Part shown: in pieces, positions 39,595 through 53,568 of the stretch
Numbering within the stretch: the stretch's first letter is position 1
Layout: each line of letters starts with the position of its first letter
Origin: Lytechinus pictus
Lineage: Eukaryota
Length of the DNA: 64,000 bases
NCBI RefSeq assembly: GCF_037042905.1
Contig: NC_087250.1
Span: forward strand, 25,732,001 to 25,796,000
Direction of reading: 5' to 3'
Made by a program: the position numbers and the translations under genes
Notes under the pieces: generated by a model
Database searches by the model: none
Seen by the model: only the letters and a program-made list of their open reading frames with translations
Told to the model about the DNA's origin: nothing

Positions 39595-39894
39595 AATCGA
39601 TTATAAATGGCATAATTATGTAAATGATATTTATTTTAATTTGTCCATAAAAAAACAACTATGTGTATATTATTTAGCTAAATTTTTTCATGAATTTATG
39701 ATCTTTTTATATTTTGCACCATACAAGGCAAAAAAATAACATTTTACAAAAATGAAATATTTTGATTAGCATAACTTTCTAATTGGGGTACCTTAAATGT
39801 TATATATTAGATTCCTTTCCCTCAATTGATGCCATCCTATGACAAATTTATATTTAAGAAATTTTGACAGATACCATTTAATGTTAATGGTGTC
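39595..39894 (+). repeat. Tripartite module copy, followed by a 5'-truncated copy at ~39930-40158
   Basis: AATCGATT 39595; AAATTTTGA then GATACCATT..AATGGTGTC 39870-39894; next copy has CTAACCTGCC ~40030 and AAATTTTGTCAGGCAC ~40124. Confidence 0.65.
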
Positions 39895-42800
39895 ATCATG
39901 CGTAGTGTGCCAAGAACATAGAGATGTAACCTCTACCCATCTGCTTATGAATTTTTTTTTATCTGAATAAAAGAAGCGAAAAATCAACAACAAATAATTC
40001 GGACAATACGTTAATTAATAAATATAGAACTAACCTGCCAAAATATACATTTTAAAACTATAAAAATATTTACAATGCGGTTAATTGCAACATTGTAACA
40101 GACTCCCGCAAATTTAATAAGAAAAATTTTGTCAGGCACTTCGCTTTCTTTGTTGTCCCAAAAAAGTGCTATCCGTATTTCCAATTGTAAATAAACAATC
40201 CATAGGAAGTCACAATACAACATACATCTTCTTACCTTACAAAAAACTGATATTGTGTAAACATTGACAAGCAGGGGCGGATCCAGGATTATCCAATGGG
40301 GGGGGGGGGGTGTAAACTTTTAGGAGTAAAATTTTGAAAAGCCAACCACAACTTGAAGCTATTTCGTACCAGATAAAAATTGACAAGCAAAAAAAGGGGG
40401 ATTTTCAACCACAAATTAAGGAAGCGCAAAAAAAGTATTCAATTTCAAACGAGGGGCACACCTCTGTTTTATTGGCATTTTTACATTACTAATCTTTAAT
40501 GTTGCTTCTCAAATCGGGGGGGGGGGGGTGGGGGATACGTGCCCCCTGGATGCGCACCTGTTGACAAGAGTAATAACAATTACTATGTAAAGTAATAGGT
40601 GCTATCAACTGCATCATGATTCTTGTCAAAAAAGAATTAATATTATTCCAAGAACTCTTGAGTCGGAGAATCCTGATATTATATAAAGTATTCACGTTAT
40701 CATGGTTTAACTTGCGTCGTTGTTTTTGTGGAGTAGGGGAATATCATAGTCATGTGTTTTGTGTGTAGATTGATTGTGCCATTGTAGTTTAATCATGCAC
40801 TACCAGTGCTTTCTGTTCGCAAAATGAGTTCGAACATAATCCAATGCAATTCATACCAAAGTGCTTGTATGTATATAAAAAAAAAACATGTGTCAAATAA
40901 CTCTGGAAGATAATGCGTAATTGCTGAGAAAATAACAAAAATAAGCACGGAATTCCATCAATTGTATTTTTTGTGCCTTTTAATTGGAATCCTCTTGGGT
41001 TTTGATTTGAATGTAGGTCCAGAGTTCGGATGGTCCCTGACCAGTCGGTCGATCTGGTGTTATGTAGTATGTATTTAACTTCCTGTTATCCTTTCAGTCA
41101 TTCACCTTCACTTGTTTACAAACTCCCCAAATGTCATCTAAGAATCCTCAAACCCTCAATACCATTTAACTCCTAAACCTTGACCATTAAGACCAACCCC
41201 CAGTGACGTCAGCTAACTTCAAGGAACAAAACTATGACTCACACTTCCAGTCCCATTCACTTGCACAGAGCATCACCACACCCCTTATACCAAACAAAGT
41301 TTGATAGACAATTACCTTTAGACCAATCAGATCAAGTTTAGAAATTCATCCCACTTTAAATTGTTACACTCCCAAAACTAATGATATGAATAAGACTTCT
41401 TGATTATTAGAAAGAGAGAGAGAATACTAGACCCACACTCATCGATACAGACTGACTGACTCAAGACGTCCATTAAATATTAGTTTAACTTCACAATCTC
41501 AATCTGATACCTCGAAATAATTATATTCATCGTCTCCTGTTATATCTGAATCTTCATGTACTTCGAATTGAAAAAAAAAGCTGAACATTGAGTATTAAAT
41601 ACTTAGTGATTTTAACTGTATAACTTTCTCCAAAATTTCTTCATTACGCTTCCCTTCTAAATTATATAATTACCGATCCCAACACGTCACTGGTATGTTT
41701 GGAATTAAAGGATATTGCTATATAATATTACATTACAATGTTAAGTATGGTGATGTGCCTTCTTCTTCCGCTCTAGCTCTCTGTGTTCTTTATACCTCAA
41801 CATATCCTTACCTTTAGTGGCGTACCTGGCATATTTCGTCAGGGGGGGGGGGGGGGGCAAGCGACAAGGATGAGCAAGGGGGGGGGTAGTAGGGATGGAC
41901 GTATAGGCACCTTTTTTCGAGGCGGCTGGTGATCATTGCCCAAATATTAACTTCACAGTACTTAATTTTTAGAGCAAGCGAACATTTTAAAAAGTTATTA
42001 TTTAGCCTTTTTACATGATGTGAAACGTGCAGAAATTATACATTCGGTCCTTTAATTACCAATGCACGAGGATATTTGGGCACCTCGCATTCCTCGTTGC
42101 CCTGCATTTTGCAGCCCCCCCCCCATACACGTTTGGATGTGTAGGTATGGCAGTGGCATTAAAGGTGGATAAAGTTACCCAGGAGGTGCCCGATAAAACA
42201 GTTGCACTTTATTGTCGAAATTATTTTTTTTCTAATGAAGTGGTCATTGAAATATGTTTATTAAAATACTTCTTTTATTCCTCTTCGAAGGTGTTTACAT
42301 TATTTTCCCAATTCTGCTCATTTGGAGACGTTACAAAAGAGGTATTTGACATTGAAATTAGTTGTATTCATTTTTGATTTGCATTTGTTTTATTTCCATA
42401 TACACAGATAAAACAAAAATAAATGCATCCATTCACTCATAAAAATGAATATGAACGTACAAATTTGGAGAAAGATAGATAGGCGGACGAAGGATCGGGT
42501 ATATAGGATAATATATAGATATATAGATATATATATAGGATATTAGGATAAAAAGGGGGACGGTAATAACCAGAGGAATGTGTAAGCAGGGGTATAGCTC
42601 GGCCTTTTCCAGGGGGGGGGGGGGTGAGGCCCTTGATTCCCGACAGATATCAGTACCGATTACCGACGACCAGTATTTATTTATATCCAACCCAGGGGCA
42701 GATCCAGGATTTTCAAGGTGGACATTTTTGTTTACAAAATTTTGTTAACAAAAATTTGACAAGCCCCATCCCAAAAGTCTTCACTTTCACTTGCACGTGC

Positions 42801-43258
42801 ATAACAATTTACACTAAAATAATACAAAAATAATAATTGCGTGCGCGAAGCGCGAGCTGAATTTTTTTTCTGAAAATTGAGATCTAAGACGCTACATTTT
42901 TGTGCACTTAATTCTGAATAGGATGGCTTCTTCCTTAATAAATTATGCAAGCGCGAAGCGCGAGCTAAATATTTTGTTATTCCTAACTGGACACTAGACA
43001 TTCTAAGCAGTTTTACAGGATGGGTATCTAAACAGTCGTGCGGGTGCGAAACACGAGCTAAAACTTTTGATATTCCGACTTGTCATATCCGTAGCTGAAA
43101 TAAAAATTATGTAGAGATAAGTCGTTGTGAAATTTTCACCAGATATTTCACAATATCGTATGTGGTCCTCTTACGTTGCCAATAATATCTTATTTAGAGG
43201 AAATAAAAAAAAAAATCAACACCTAAATATTTTTTTTACAATGCAGTGATGAATAAAA

Positions 43259-43384
43259 ATTACCCTGATGAATTATTTACTTTGTTCTTAAATATTTTTA
43301 CCAATACATTAATTTGTGTATATTATATACGGCATTTCATCAAAACAAATTTTGCCTGGCACGAATATTATCAAATTAGTGTCA
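43259..43384 (+). repeat. Partial tripartite module (first box lost to an upstream repeat)
   Basis: TTACCCTGATGAA ~43260; AAATTTTGCC then TGGCAC..GTGTCA 43357-43384. Confidence 0.5.
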
Positions 43385-44188
43385 TATTCGTAACCGAAAA
43401 TGTTTTAAAGTGAAGTCTGTTTCAATTACTTCCCAAATATTTCCCCGGCTCTTGCTCGAGCTACCACCACCGGCGCTCAGTGCATTCAAGGAATTAATCA
43501 TACCGGGTACCCATTCACCTCACCTGGGTCGAGTGCAGCACAGTGCGAATAAATTTCTTGCTGAAGGAAAACACGCCATGGCTTGGATTCGATATTTCGG
43601 ATATAAATCTGCGCCTGAAACATTTGAATTATCAATCGTTAAAAGATTTTCCTTTTTTGGGGATTCGGGTCATGCCATTAATCGAATAAAAAAAAAATGG
43701 AAAATTGAACAATCGATGATACAGTTTTCCCTAAATACATTATTGAAAGCAGTTTCGTTTTTTAACAAAGATAAGCAAGGCAGAGGGAACAGAGAGTCTT
43801 CGTGATCACTATGCAATACGTTATATTACGCAGAGCAGATAATTTCTCGTAAAATACCCTTAAGTGACAAAACAATCTTTGTCAAAATCTGTGAATCCAA
43901 ACATCAGTGTAATCCCGGACTCTGGACAAACGACACATTTGCAATTTTTCGTCCGGTCAGATTCTTCAGACGAGCTTCTGTTGTCTCAGTCCACCAACTT
44001 TCAACAAAAACCTCTCAGCTGTCCATTATGATTCGATTTTCACTTTCAAAGAAATTCGTACGTTGTAAAAAGTGTCTGCGTTTTAATTGCAAATAATACT
44101 AATACTTTGAGTAAAGATAGCAAGGCGAAGGGAGGAAACAATCGCATTTTTGGAATTGATAAATCAAAATGTAACAATGAGATGGTAT

Positions 44189-44482
44189 AATCGATTACAA
44201 ATCGAATTCTATTGCGGGTCTCTCTCTATTTTTTCCGGGGTGGGGGGTAAAATTAAAGAAACCTCTACTTGTCTGCCTATTTTTTATTTTCTTTAATGAA
44301 AAAAAAAAGAAAAGTGATAACTAAATAATTCGGGCAATACAATTATCAATAAATACAGAACTAACCTGCTAAAATATGCATTTGTTATTTATATATACTT
44401 TAACAACAGAATTTTTATTTGAATAAAAATTTTGAAAATTAACGCAAATTTTGACTGGCACCTAGCATTTTCTGTGGTGCCA
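44189..44482 (+). repeat. Tripartite module copy
   Basis: AATCGATT 44189; CTAACCTGCTAAA 44361; AAATTTTGAC then TGGCACC..GGTGCCA 44456-44482. Confidence 0.75.
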
Positions 44483-44964
44483 AGAAATGTAATTCGTATC
44501 CCCATTGTAAATAAACATATTATCGGAGACCGCATTACAACATCTATTTTCTAACCTCCCCACCAAAACAAATATATTGAGTAAACAATAATTACAATTA
44601 CCATCGAGCTATTATAGCCCTATGCAATTACTATGTACAGTGTAAATCAATAAGCGCTATTGACTGCATCATGATTCTTGACAAAAAATAATCGATATTA
44701 TTCCAAGAGATTGAGTCGGAAATTCTGATAAATGTTATATAAATTATTCACTTAATCATTATCCACTGGGCCACGACGCTCCACTTAATATGACGTCATA
44801 GCAGCCCGCGCTCTCATTGGATGATTTTCAACGACCAATTACTGGTCGGAATATCGGTAAAAACAATAACAAAACAAAAGAAAGTTGGTATTAAATTTCA
44901 GCTCAGATGAATGTCTCTAGCGAAACATTCACGTATCCGAGATTCGGGTCAGGCGATGTATGGC

Positions 44965-45275
44965 AACACTCAAACAACTCTTGGTGTCTTGCTAAGTTTT
45001 GATTTTGATTTCGAATTACAATAAAAACACTTGTTAAATGGTACAAAATATATGAATAAATAATATTTATTTTAGCAGGTTAATATTATAATTGCTTATC
45101 ATTTGTATTCTTTTCTCTTAAATTGATTTTTTTACTTAAAAAATAAACAAGGTTTTATAATATAAAGTAAATAGACAGATAGACACAGGGTTTTGCTGAT
45201 GTAGAAATAAAAACTTTTGAAAAGGAGGGAAGTACTACTTTTCTTATGATATCCTGCGTACATTATGATTTTCAT
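44965..45275 (-). repeat. Tripartite module copy with first box deleted
   Basis: TTAACCTGCTAAAA (minus) ~45070-45083; hairpin 44965-44988; paralogue of 53569-53871 lacking ATCGAT. Confidence 0.55.
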
Positions 45276-45888
45276 GTAATGCGTTGAAGTCACCAAAATG
45301 CGACTATTGCCTCACATTGCTTTGCTACATATACTAAATGGGAAGTTCACCCTGACAGAAAGTTCATAGTAGAAATAGCAGAAGGTTGGAGAAAAAGTCA
45401 CGAAAGATTAAGAAAGTTTACAAGAATTCTTATCTTTTGATTAGTGACATCTGTGCGAGCAACTTTCCTTCATATCGCATAGTAAAAAAAATCAATGAAA
45501 AGTCATTTTTCCAGAAAGAGAGAGACAAGAAATCTAATTTCTATGGTAGAAAATAGGCGGGGCTCCTAACTAAAGTTCGGGGGGGGGGCAACATTTGAGG
45601 TAGGGTGATATGAGACAGTCTTCACATCTTTTGTCATAACTTCTAAAGCACTCACGGTTTCATCTTGGTTCTTGAAAGCTGAACATATCAATATGTTTCG
45701 CTTTTGTGCAAATGGGCACAAAGCATAACCATCAATGTTACATTACTCTATTATGGAAGAAACATGATGGGAAACGAAGCAGGTCAAATGTACTATACAC
45801 AGATAGGCACATATGGGACTACATGAATGCCAGGGGACACCCTAGGGAAGTTATTTTGTACCGCATATAATCAAACATGAAGTGAAAC

Positions 45889-46196
45889 CATCGATTACAA
45901 TTGATAAATGACAGGAATAATACTCATTAATCAGAAAGAAAACAAGACTATTTTTCTGAATGATTTTTAAAAATAAATTTGCTTTAATATAATACAATAT
46001 TTTTTTGTACTTTCTTTAAAGCATTAGGGATTTTAACTGATTAATACTCAAATTAATATGGATAATTTATTGTTAACTATTTAAATTATATATTTTTGAA
46101 AATTTAAATAATTCATTTTGCAATAAGTAACTACTATATTAGTCTATCAATTCTAACATGTATTTTTGCAAGCCCCGACATGTTTGTTTGGGGCTT
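45889..46196 (+). repeat. Tripartite module copy
   Basis: CATCGATT 45889; TTAACTATTTAAATTATAT ~46073; ATTTTTGC then AAGCCCC..GGGGCTT 46170-46196. Confidence 0.7.
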
Positions 46197-46399
46197 CTAT
46201 TAGACACGTAATCCCTCTAACTCAGTGTTAAAGATAAATTCCAGTTCTGTTAACGATCTCAATTTTTTTTTTGTATTTCCCTCATGATCGAGGATTTATT
46301 GATGAAACAAAATTAAATTCAGCAATACAAAGTATACAAAATAATCAAGACAGTATCTTCTAGGGATCATCATGGCATATACAATATTACATCAGATGA

Positions 46400-49300
46400 A
46401 TTCAAATATAGTGAAATAGTCTTCTTGGTAGCCTATTATCTACTTTATGCATCTTTTCATTTAATCGGATTTTTCCTGCTATCTCTCTTTTAAACACATG
46501 AATAAGACCGTTTTCTCTTCTATCATACTGATTTAAATTTCTTTCCAGAACAAACTTATAAATACACCATAGAGCTATTACTAAAACGATGTATAAATCC
46601 TCATGTTCTAGAATGAATAGACAATTTATGTCGATTTGTATTTATTTATGAAAAACATCTTTGATAACTCTTTGTAAATAAACAAAAAAGGGTTCATTTA
46701 ACTCGCAAGTGAAGAATGCATGGGTAAAATCTTCTTCGACTTTACAGTGTAAGCATTTGTTATCGTTTGCAACACCCCATTTATGGAGGTTTCGCTGGGT
46801 TGGTAGTAAGTTATAAAAGAATTTGAAACAGAACTCACGTAATTTGTTTTCCTGAAGATTCAAGAAAAATCTTTTGAAAACATTCGACCATGTAATATCA
46901 ATAGACACGTTTGTTTCCCAAAATAAACAGTGCATATTTACGAATGGTATCTTATTACAAGACATAATTAATCTATGAAATGATTTACTGCTTAAATCTT
47001 GTATCAGTTTTTCTTTTTTGTTAACAATAATACAAGGGACTTCCATTCTTTTATTTAGTGGGTATTCTGCGTTCATATTTGTGATTTGATGTATCCATAC
47101 TTTTGGTATAGCTTGCTGGAGTTTCAAATAATCAAATATCAAATTTGCTTTACCTCTCTTCGTTCTCAACACACCAAAAGAAATTTATGTTCTCTTGAAT
47201 GAGCCGTTTTCAATTAAATCATTTAAAAATAGAATTCCAGCATTATACCAGTCTCTATAATAAAACATACTGCCATTAAACATTATACTTTGATTAAACC
47301 ATAAAATCTCTCGAGCTTTTTCATTTTCATGCTCTTTATATTCCAGACATACCTGAGACCTTATCATCATCCATGCTTGCAGCACCTCTCCATAAAATAT
47401 AGGTATTTTTTTTTCTTTTATAGTTCTAAGAATGGTTTTATCATAGTTACAGTTGAGCAATAACTTTATGCCACCTAACTGATCAAACCAAGCATTACTC
47501 ATGGTTTTCCATATACTATTAATCTCACTAGCTTCGTTCAAAAATTGACCCAGCCATTTCAATCTAAAACTCAATAATTGATAGTTTATGTCAGTCATGT
47601 TGATACCTCCATGTACACAACTTTTCGTTAAAACCACTCTTTTTAGTTTTTCTGTATTTGAACCCCAAATAAATTTGAAAATGATTCTATTTAATTTCTT
47701 TAAAAATTCATCTGGTATAGTGTCTATAATCATCAAATGAATGACTTGACTGAGTGCTAAAGATTTCAATACTATGACCTTTCCAAAAATTGTTAGGTTT
47801 CTTCTTTTCCAACTCTGAAGTATTTTTTCTAGTTTCATTAACCTATTCTTCCAGTCTGTTTTCAACGCCAGATCTTTATCCATATTGATATTATGACCCA
47901 AATATTTGACTGGTTTATCACTCCACATCAGGTCATAAGCCGATATATTCCATTTCAGATGTCTATCTCCAATCCATATCATAACACTTTTATCTTTATT
48001 CAATTGTGGCCCGGCTATTTTGCCAAATATTAACAATTCATCCAAAATATTTTGAAGAGAAGACGGATCACGAACAAAAAAACAAGGTGTCATCTGCATA
48101 TTGAAGTAACTTAATTTTCGTCTCGCAATTATTCATCTCAAGTTGTTTTATTTCTTTATTTTTTCTTATTCTATTTGCTAACAATTCGACAGCAATAATA
48201 AAAAGCAGAACAGACAAAGGACACCCTTGTCTTACTCCTCGTTTAACATAAAATGATTCAGACATCCACCCATTCACTATAACGCTACTTTGAATGTTTG
48301 TATACAGGATCTTCAGCCAGTTTCTAAAGGATGGTCCCAAATTAACCTTTTCTAAACATAAGTTTAGAAAATTTAAGTTTAGACAGTCAAATGCTTTTGT
48401 AAAATCTACAAGCATAATAGCACCGGTTTCATCTTTATTTATAAGGACCTGAATAATATCTTTGACTAGTCTCACATTATTGGATGCTAAGCGCCCTTTC
48501 ACATAACCTGTTTGAGTTTCAAGAATGATGTGGGAGAGAATCTTTTGAAGGCGTGTTGCCAAGACCGCCGCTATTATTTTGTAATCATAAATAAGTAGGG
48601 TTATAGGTCGCCAATTATTTAGGTCTTGGTTATCACCTTTTTTAAACAGAAGTGTGACAAGACCTTTTCTTTGTGTGTTCGACAATGTTCCTGTTGAGTA
48701 ACATTTGTTTAGAGCTTTTACAAGAATTTATTTTATGTGTGACCAAAACATCTGGTAAAACTCTATTGGTATTCCGTCGGAACCTCGGGTTTTATTTTTA
48801 CACATTGAGAAAACAGCACGTTTACATTCTTCTACGGTCAAAAGACCTTCACATGTGTTCATTTCTTCTTCGTTTAAATGATTAACAGTTTGGTTTAAGG
48901 TATAATTCTCAATTTCGTTTACATCAATGTCTTCTTTCTCGTACAACTTTGTATAATAAGAAAGTACTTCATTTATAATATCGTCATTTTCAACTAGAGT
49001 ACATTTTCCATTCTTCGATTTAAGTTGTTTTATTTCTCTTTTTTTCATATTACTTTTCTTTAAATTCAAAAAGTACCTTTTGTTTTTTTCGCCCTCCTCC
49101 ATCCACTTCATTCGGGCCCTGATGCCCGCTTCTCTCGCTTCTTATATATATATTTTTTCTAACTTATCTTTGACCGTAGTATACTCATTTTGTATTTCAA
49201 TTTTATCCAAATTACAATCCAACTGTCTTTGTAATGAAGTAAGCCGTTTTTCTAATTTCAGTTTGTTGTCTTTGAACATTAAAGACTTCTTTTGACAGTA

Positions 49301-50206
49301 ATTTTGTGTAAATTCACGGATTTTAATTTTCAACAGTTCCCATTTATCTATAACTGAGATTTGCATCTTCGCAATCCTGGAAATCAATTCAATTATTTGG
49401 TTTTGGTAATCTTTATCTTTTAAAATAGAAGTGTTCAACTTCCAGAAACCTGGACCTCTTTTCAATTCTTTAAATCTGATTTTCAACGAAATCGCATTAT
49501 GATCAGCACGTATCGCTGGCCTAATATCAGTTGACAGTGTTCTGTTATAAATATTAGAGTCAACCAGCCAGAAATCTAATCTCGAAGCTCTTTTAAGGTA
49601 AACATTACGCCAAGTAAATTGTTTGACGAGAGGATGTGTCAGTCTCCACACGTCACGTAATTTGTGTTTCACAATTATCTTTCGCAAATATGTAACTCTA
49701 CCATAGTAATTATTTTGGGTACCTATTATATCTTTTCTGGAATTCAGAACACAATTCCAGTCACCTCCAAAAATTATCTCGGTGTTTCGTGAGTTTTCAC
49801 CAAAGCAATGTTTTTTAATTTCATGAAAAGTTTCTTGAAAAAATCTTTCTCTGCATTTTCGTACTGTGGGTGCATATACATTCCCTAGCATTAAACTGAT
49901 ACCGTTTATCTTAACCTGCAGCAGAAGTAGTCTACCATCCTTTTCATATTTCTTCTGAACTTTTTCTAGAGTAACATTCTGTCGAAAAAATATTGCTACC
50001 CCACACGAGTGATTGCTTCCATGAGAAAAGAAACATGGACCACTTCATTCATTTCTAACAATATTTTCTATATCACAAGACCAAAATGTTTCCTGTACGA
50101 ATATAATGTCGGCGTTTTGGTGTCTAATCCAGCGGAATATTTGATTCCGTTTTTCTTTGTTTCTCAATCCACGTACATTTAGGCTCAGTAAATGACAACT
50201 CTCCAT
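46400..50206 (-). pseudogene. Tx1-like ORF2 (APE, RT, C-terminal zinc finger) with several frameshifts/stops
   Basis: Starts MESCHLLSLNVRGL..VQETF at 50206; NVYAP, GGDWN, SRLDFW, DHNAI, GPGFWKLN, WRPITL, DFTKAFD, GVRQGCPLS, QYADDT, CLHCKVEEDFTHAFFTC across 5+ ORF pieces; end approximate. Confidence 0.9.
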
Positions 50207-50262
50207 AGAAGTAGTAGATGATAGTTGTAGGATGCTATTTTGCCACTATACTACTTCTTTTT

Positions 50263-51483
50263 TTATCCTCTTTTACTAGATTTCTGTTTCCTTTTTACCA
50301 CTGTTGCTTTCTGTGGTACATATGCTTTGTTTGATTTGATAAGCTCCGGTGACTCTGGTGACAATTCGCTTTCGTTATCATCAGATTCTGCGGTTGAGAA
50401 TTCGTCGTCATGTGAAACGCTCGCATCATCTTCTACGTCACGGTCAGCTGGTTGTCTCCTCGAGCTCGTTGAGACGTATTGCGTAATCTTGGATTGCGAT
50501 CGTTGGTTTGGCGTCGTGTTGCTTGGTTGCTGCTTTTGTTGTGAAGCTACCTGAGAAGTAGTGGGTGTGTCGCACAGCTGATCACGAGTAATTGATAATG
50601 ATGGGTATTGGGTGATGTCAGAGGTCTCCTGCTGCATGCCCGACGGTTTCGGCTGGTGAAGTGTATGATGCTCCGAGGACAAGGAAGCCTGGTTGCGCTC
50701 AGTATCGACGAAGTGATCTATTGCTGCCTGGGTCCTGGGGGTGATATCCGCCGAGTTGCGCTGATCAAACTGCGAGGTGGGCGTGGTCGGGAGGTTGGAA
50801 TCAAGCTGGATGTGTCCGGGTTGTTTACATCGGATGCATAATACTGGGTTAGTACATCTTGAACGGTGGTGACCTTCGTTGAGACAATTCGAGCAGATCG
50901 TTTTCTTTGTAGTTGGGGGTATTTGTCCGGTATGAAAAACTCTACCTCTGAAGAGCCCGAAGGTCATGAAGCGGGGAAGGGGTTGGGGTGGTTGTTGGAT
51001 GTAGAGAACTCTATCACCTGTTAGGCAATGTGTCAGTTGTCCGTCTACGCGAAGTCGTTGATATGTAGTTTTTCCTACAACTTTACATTTCCTCTTTTCA
51101 AGCTCATCACATATCAGGGACTCGTGGGCGGAGAGGGGAATGTCCTTGACCACCAGGCGCAAACAGTCGTCCTTTCCTTCACCAAGAAAAGGGTTTGTAT
51201 CATAGACAGCAATGTTGACATGCCGTACATTCAATCCTTTTGTGATGAGATCTATGCGCGCTTTGTGAGAAGATAGATACAGTCGCCATAGACCTCCAAT
51301 TTTCTGGATTCCTCTGATTCCATTGCTTAACGTAGACCGAGCTATACATTTGAAAAGTTCTTCACTTGTCAATACTTTGTCATTTGTAGAAGGTATATCT
51401 TTATGTTTGATGAACACTGGTTTACCCCCGATAGTATCTACGGGAGGCTTGAATCCGGCTTTGTCTGCGTATGCAGTTGCCAT
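50263..51483 (-). CDS. Tx1-like ORF1 (gag-like, CCHC zinc knuckles)
   Basis: 406 aa; CSNCLNEGHHRSRC and degenerate CIRCKQPGHIQLDS; LTGDRVLY motif; directly upstream of ORF2. Confidence 0.85.
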   Translation of the reverse strand: MATAYADKAGFKPPVDTIGGKPVFIKHKDIPSTNDKVLTSEELFKCIARSTLSNGIRGIQKIGGLWRLYLSSHKARIDLITKGLNVRHVNIAVYDTNPFLGEGKDDCLRLVVKDIPLSAHESLICDELEKRKCKVVGKTTYQRLRVDGQLTHCLTGDRVLYIQQPPQPLPRFMTFGLFRGRVFHTGQIPPTTKKTICSNCLNEGHHRSRCTNPVLCIRCKQPGHIQLDSNLPTTPTSQFDQRNSADITPRTQAAIDHFVDTERNQASLSSEHHTLHQPKPSGMQQETSDITQYPSLSITRDQLCDTPTTSQVASQQKQQPSNTTPNQRSQSKITQYVSTSSRRQPADRDVEDDASVSHDDEFSTAESDDNESELSPESPELIKSNKAYVPQKATVVKRKQKSSKRG

Positions 51484-51761
51484 CTTAACAGCTAAACCTG
51501 GGCGTTGGTTACAAAGTCAAATCTAAAAAAATCCAGTCTCTTGTATACCATCAAGTCACAAAAATGGCAAAAGTACTAAATGTATGTATTTTCCTTTAAT
51601 CTCCTCTAAAAACAGATTCTCAAATATATTCCAAGTGTGAAAATTAGGGTTTAATCACTCTCCGCGAGAAAGGTCGTGACCATTTCCGTTGAAGGTAAAA
51701 AGCGCCCGACGTGTTTGTTTGGGGCTTCTATTAGACACGTAATCCCTCTAACTCAGTGCTA

Positions 51762-52150
51762 AAGATAAATTCCAGTTCTGGTAACGATCTCAAAATGACT
51801 TTTTACAAAATCTAATATAATTAACTAAGTGTCTGTTTGTATGAATAACAAATATGTGCCAAAGGATTCTGGAAGAAATTGTGTAATTGCTGTGGAATAA
51901 GCAAAATAAGCGCGGATTCGGTCACTTCCGTCGGGTCTTTATTCCAGCAATAATGATACACTGTCCCACGTGTGCCTATCTGTGTTGGCGGTCTTCAGTG
52001 TGATAGTTTTTAGCTAGATATTATGATTTCACAAAGTTTAGTTTATGTAACTGTACCAGATCTAGATCCTCGATGATATACTGTCAATAAGCCTGGTTTT
52101 ACAGACTTTCTCATGAAATCAGTGTTTACTGCAACTACTGGCATTTCTCT
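51762..52150 (+). mobile_element. TTAA MITE whose left end lies inside the Tx1 flanking duplication
   Basis: AGATAAATTCCAGT ... ACTGGCATTTCTCT-TTAA termini; absent from the paralogue at ~54490. Confidence 0.7.
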
Positions 52151-53568
52151 TTAAAAGTGGGCGGAGCGACTACGACCCTGTTAGCAACGCCTGTTAACAT
52201 CGTTTTGCACACTCGCCGTAATGTCTGCGATATTAAAATTCTAAGAACCAATGAAATCGTTACAATTTACTAAAGCTATGAATGTTTATTATTTACATTG
52301 ATTATCGGTGTACAAACTTATACCGAATTTACCAGCAAGTGTCGGTTATAATCAGTCATTTACGTAAGTGTTACAAAGTGCCAACATTTATGAAAATATA
52401 GCGTAAATTTTAAATGGCATTTCAAAATCCTTATTTTTCACTATCTTCATAGTTTTTAATTGTTTTTAAAACATCTTGTTACATTTACTAGAATTTTCCC
52501 GAACTGCGAAAGTTGGTAGAACATTTTCTCCCTTATTAATGAGGAAATGGCAGGCCTTCGAATTCAGGTTAATTTTTGTTATATTTCTAAACAAAAATCG
52601 TTAGATTCGAACTACTATACCAATTGTTCGCCCAAAGGAGGGTTATCATCTCATATTGTTGTGTAAATGATACATAAATTAGGAGTGTAGTTATCAATGT
52701 TGGACAACATTTTTCACGATGATTTTCGTAACGAAGAGAAAAATCAAGTTTATTCTTAGCACGCGAGCTGCAGGATGATAAATTTTAGCGCGCGCCGACT
52801 GAGCTGATCGCCCTGGCTGTCCGTTCAGATTATCCAGTCCAATACCGGTGTCGGGTGGTGTATTCCACGTACCTTTTCCCTGTGCGATGACCACTGTGCA
52901 ATTTCAGTGATTAATTTTGATACTCGATCTCTTTTTCGGTAATTATTATTTCTTTCCTGAATAACAAAACGTAAAAAAAAAATTTTTTAAAGGACGCAAG
53001 TTATTTTATATGATAATATTCTTTAGTGTGACCTTAAACCTTCGTTCAAAATCTTGTCCGTGACTCGTGAAATTTAATTTCGTATTAATGTAGCAATTCA
53101 AATGATAACAGCAGATTGGACGGTTATAAGGGGAAGCACCAACTGAACAACATGGCTCCAGCATTTCCTCGCCGCGGAGATATTCGACGCAAAGTGGAAT
53201 CGCATGAAAGATTACACTTTTTCCAAATCCTGTGGGTAGATTTACAAACCCATCCTTTCAGTGCATATTTAATTGCATCAACTTACAATTCCTGAAATCG
53301 GTCAATATACAGCATATTAGAAGCACATTCAATGCTCTTTGACATTTAGTCGTCTCTCTTCGCTAAGAATCCACGGGTCGCCATTTTCCTCCATTTCAAC
53401 ATGAGCTCTTGAATATTCAATATGACGTCATGACATGATTTTCAGGGACCAATTTTTGGTCGCAATATCGGTAGAAATAATATCAAAGCAAAAGATAGTT
53501 GGTAAGATTCAGTTCAGATGCCACTTCTAAAACTTTTTACGTTTCCGATAATGAGCTCAAATGAATAT

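Larger units (their letters stand above)
46263..51704 (-). mobile_element. Full-length decayed Tx1-like (L1 group) non-LTR retrotransposon
   Basis: ORF1 and ORF2; AATAAA (minus) 46295-46300; poly(A) 46263-46272; flanked by an 89-bp direct repeat 46174-46262 / 51705-51793. Confidence 0.9.

Noticed and set aside
45070..45083. TTTTAG-CAG-GT read as a 3-nt microexon (also ~58456, ~63480)
   Set aside because: It is the reverse complement of box 2, and other copies lack the AG..GT pattern
50240..51526. Plus-strand ORFs over the Tx1 element and similar short ORFs elsewhere
   Set aside because: Antisense shadows of retrotransposon ORFs or chance ORFs without motifs
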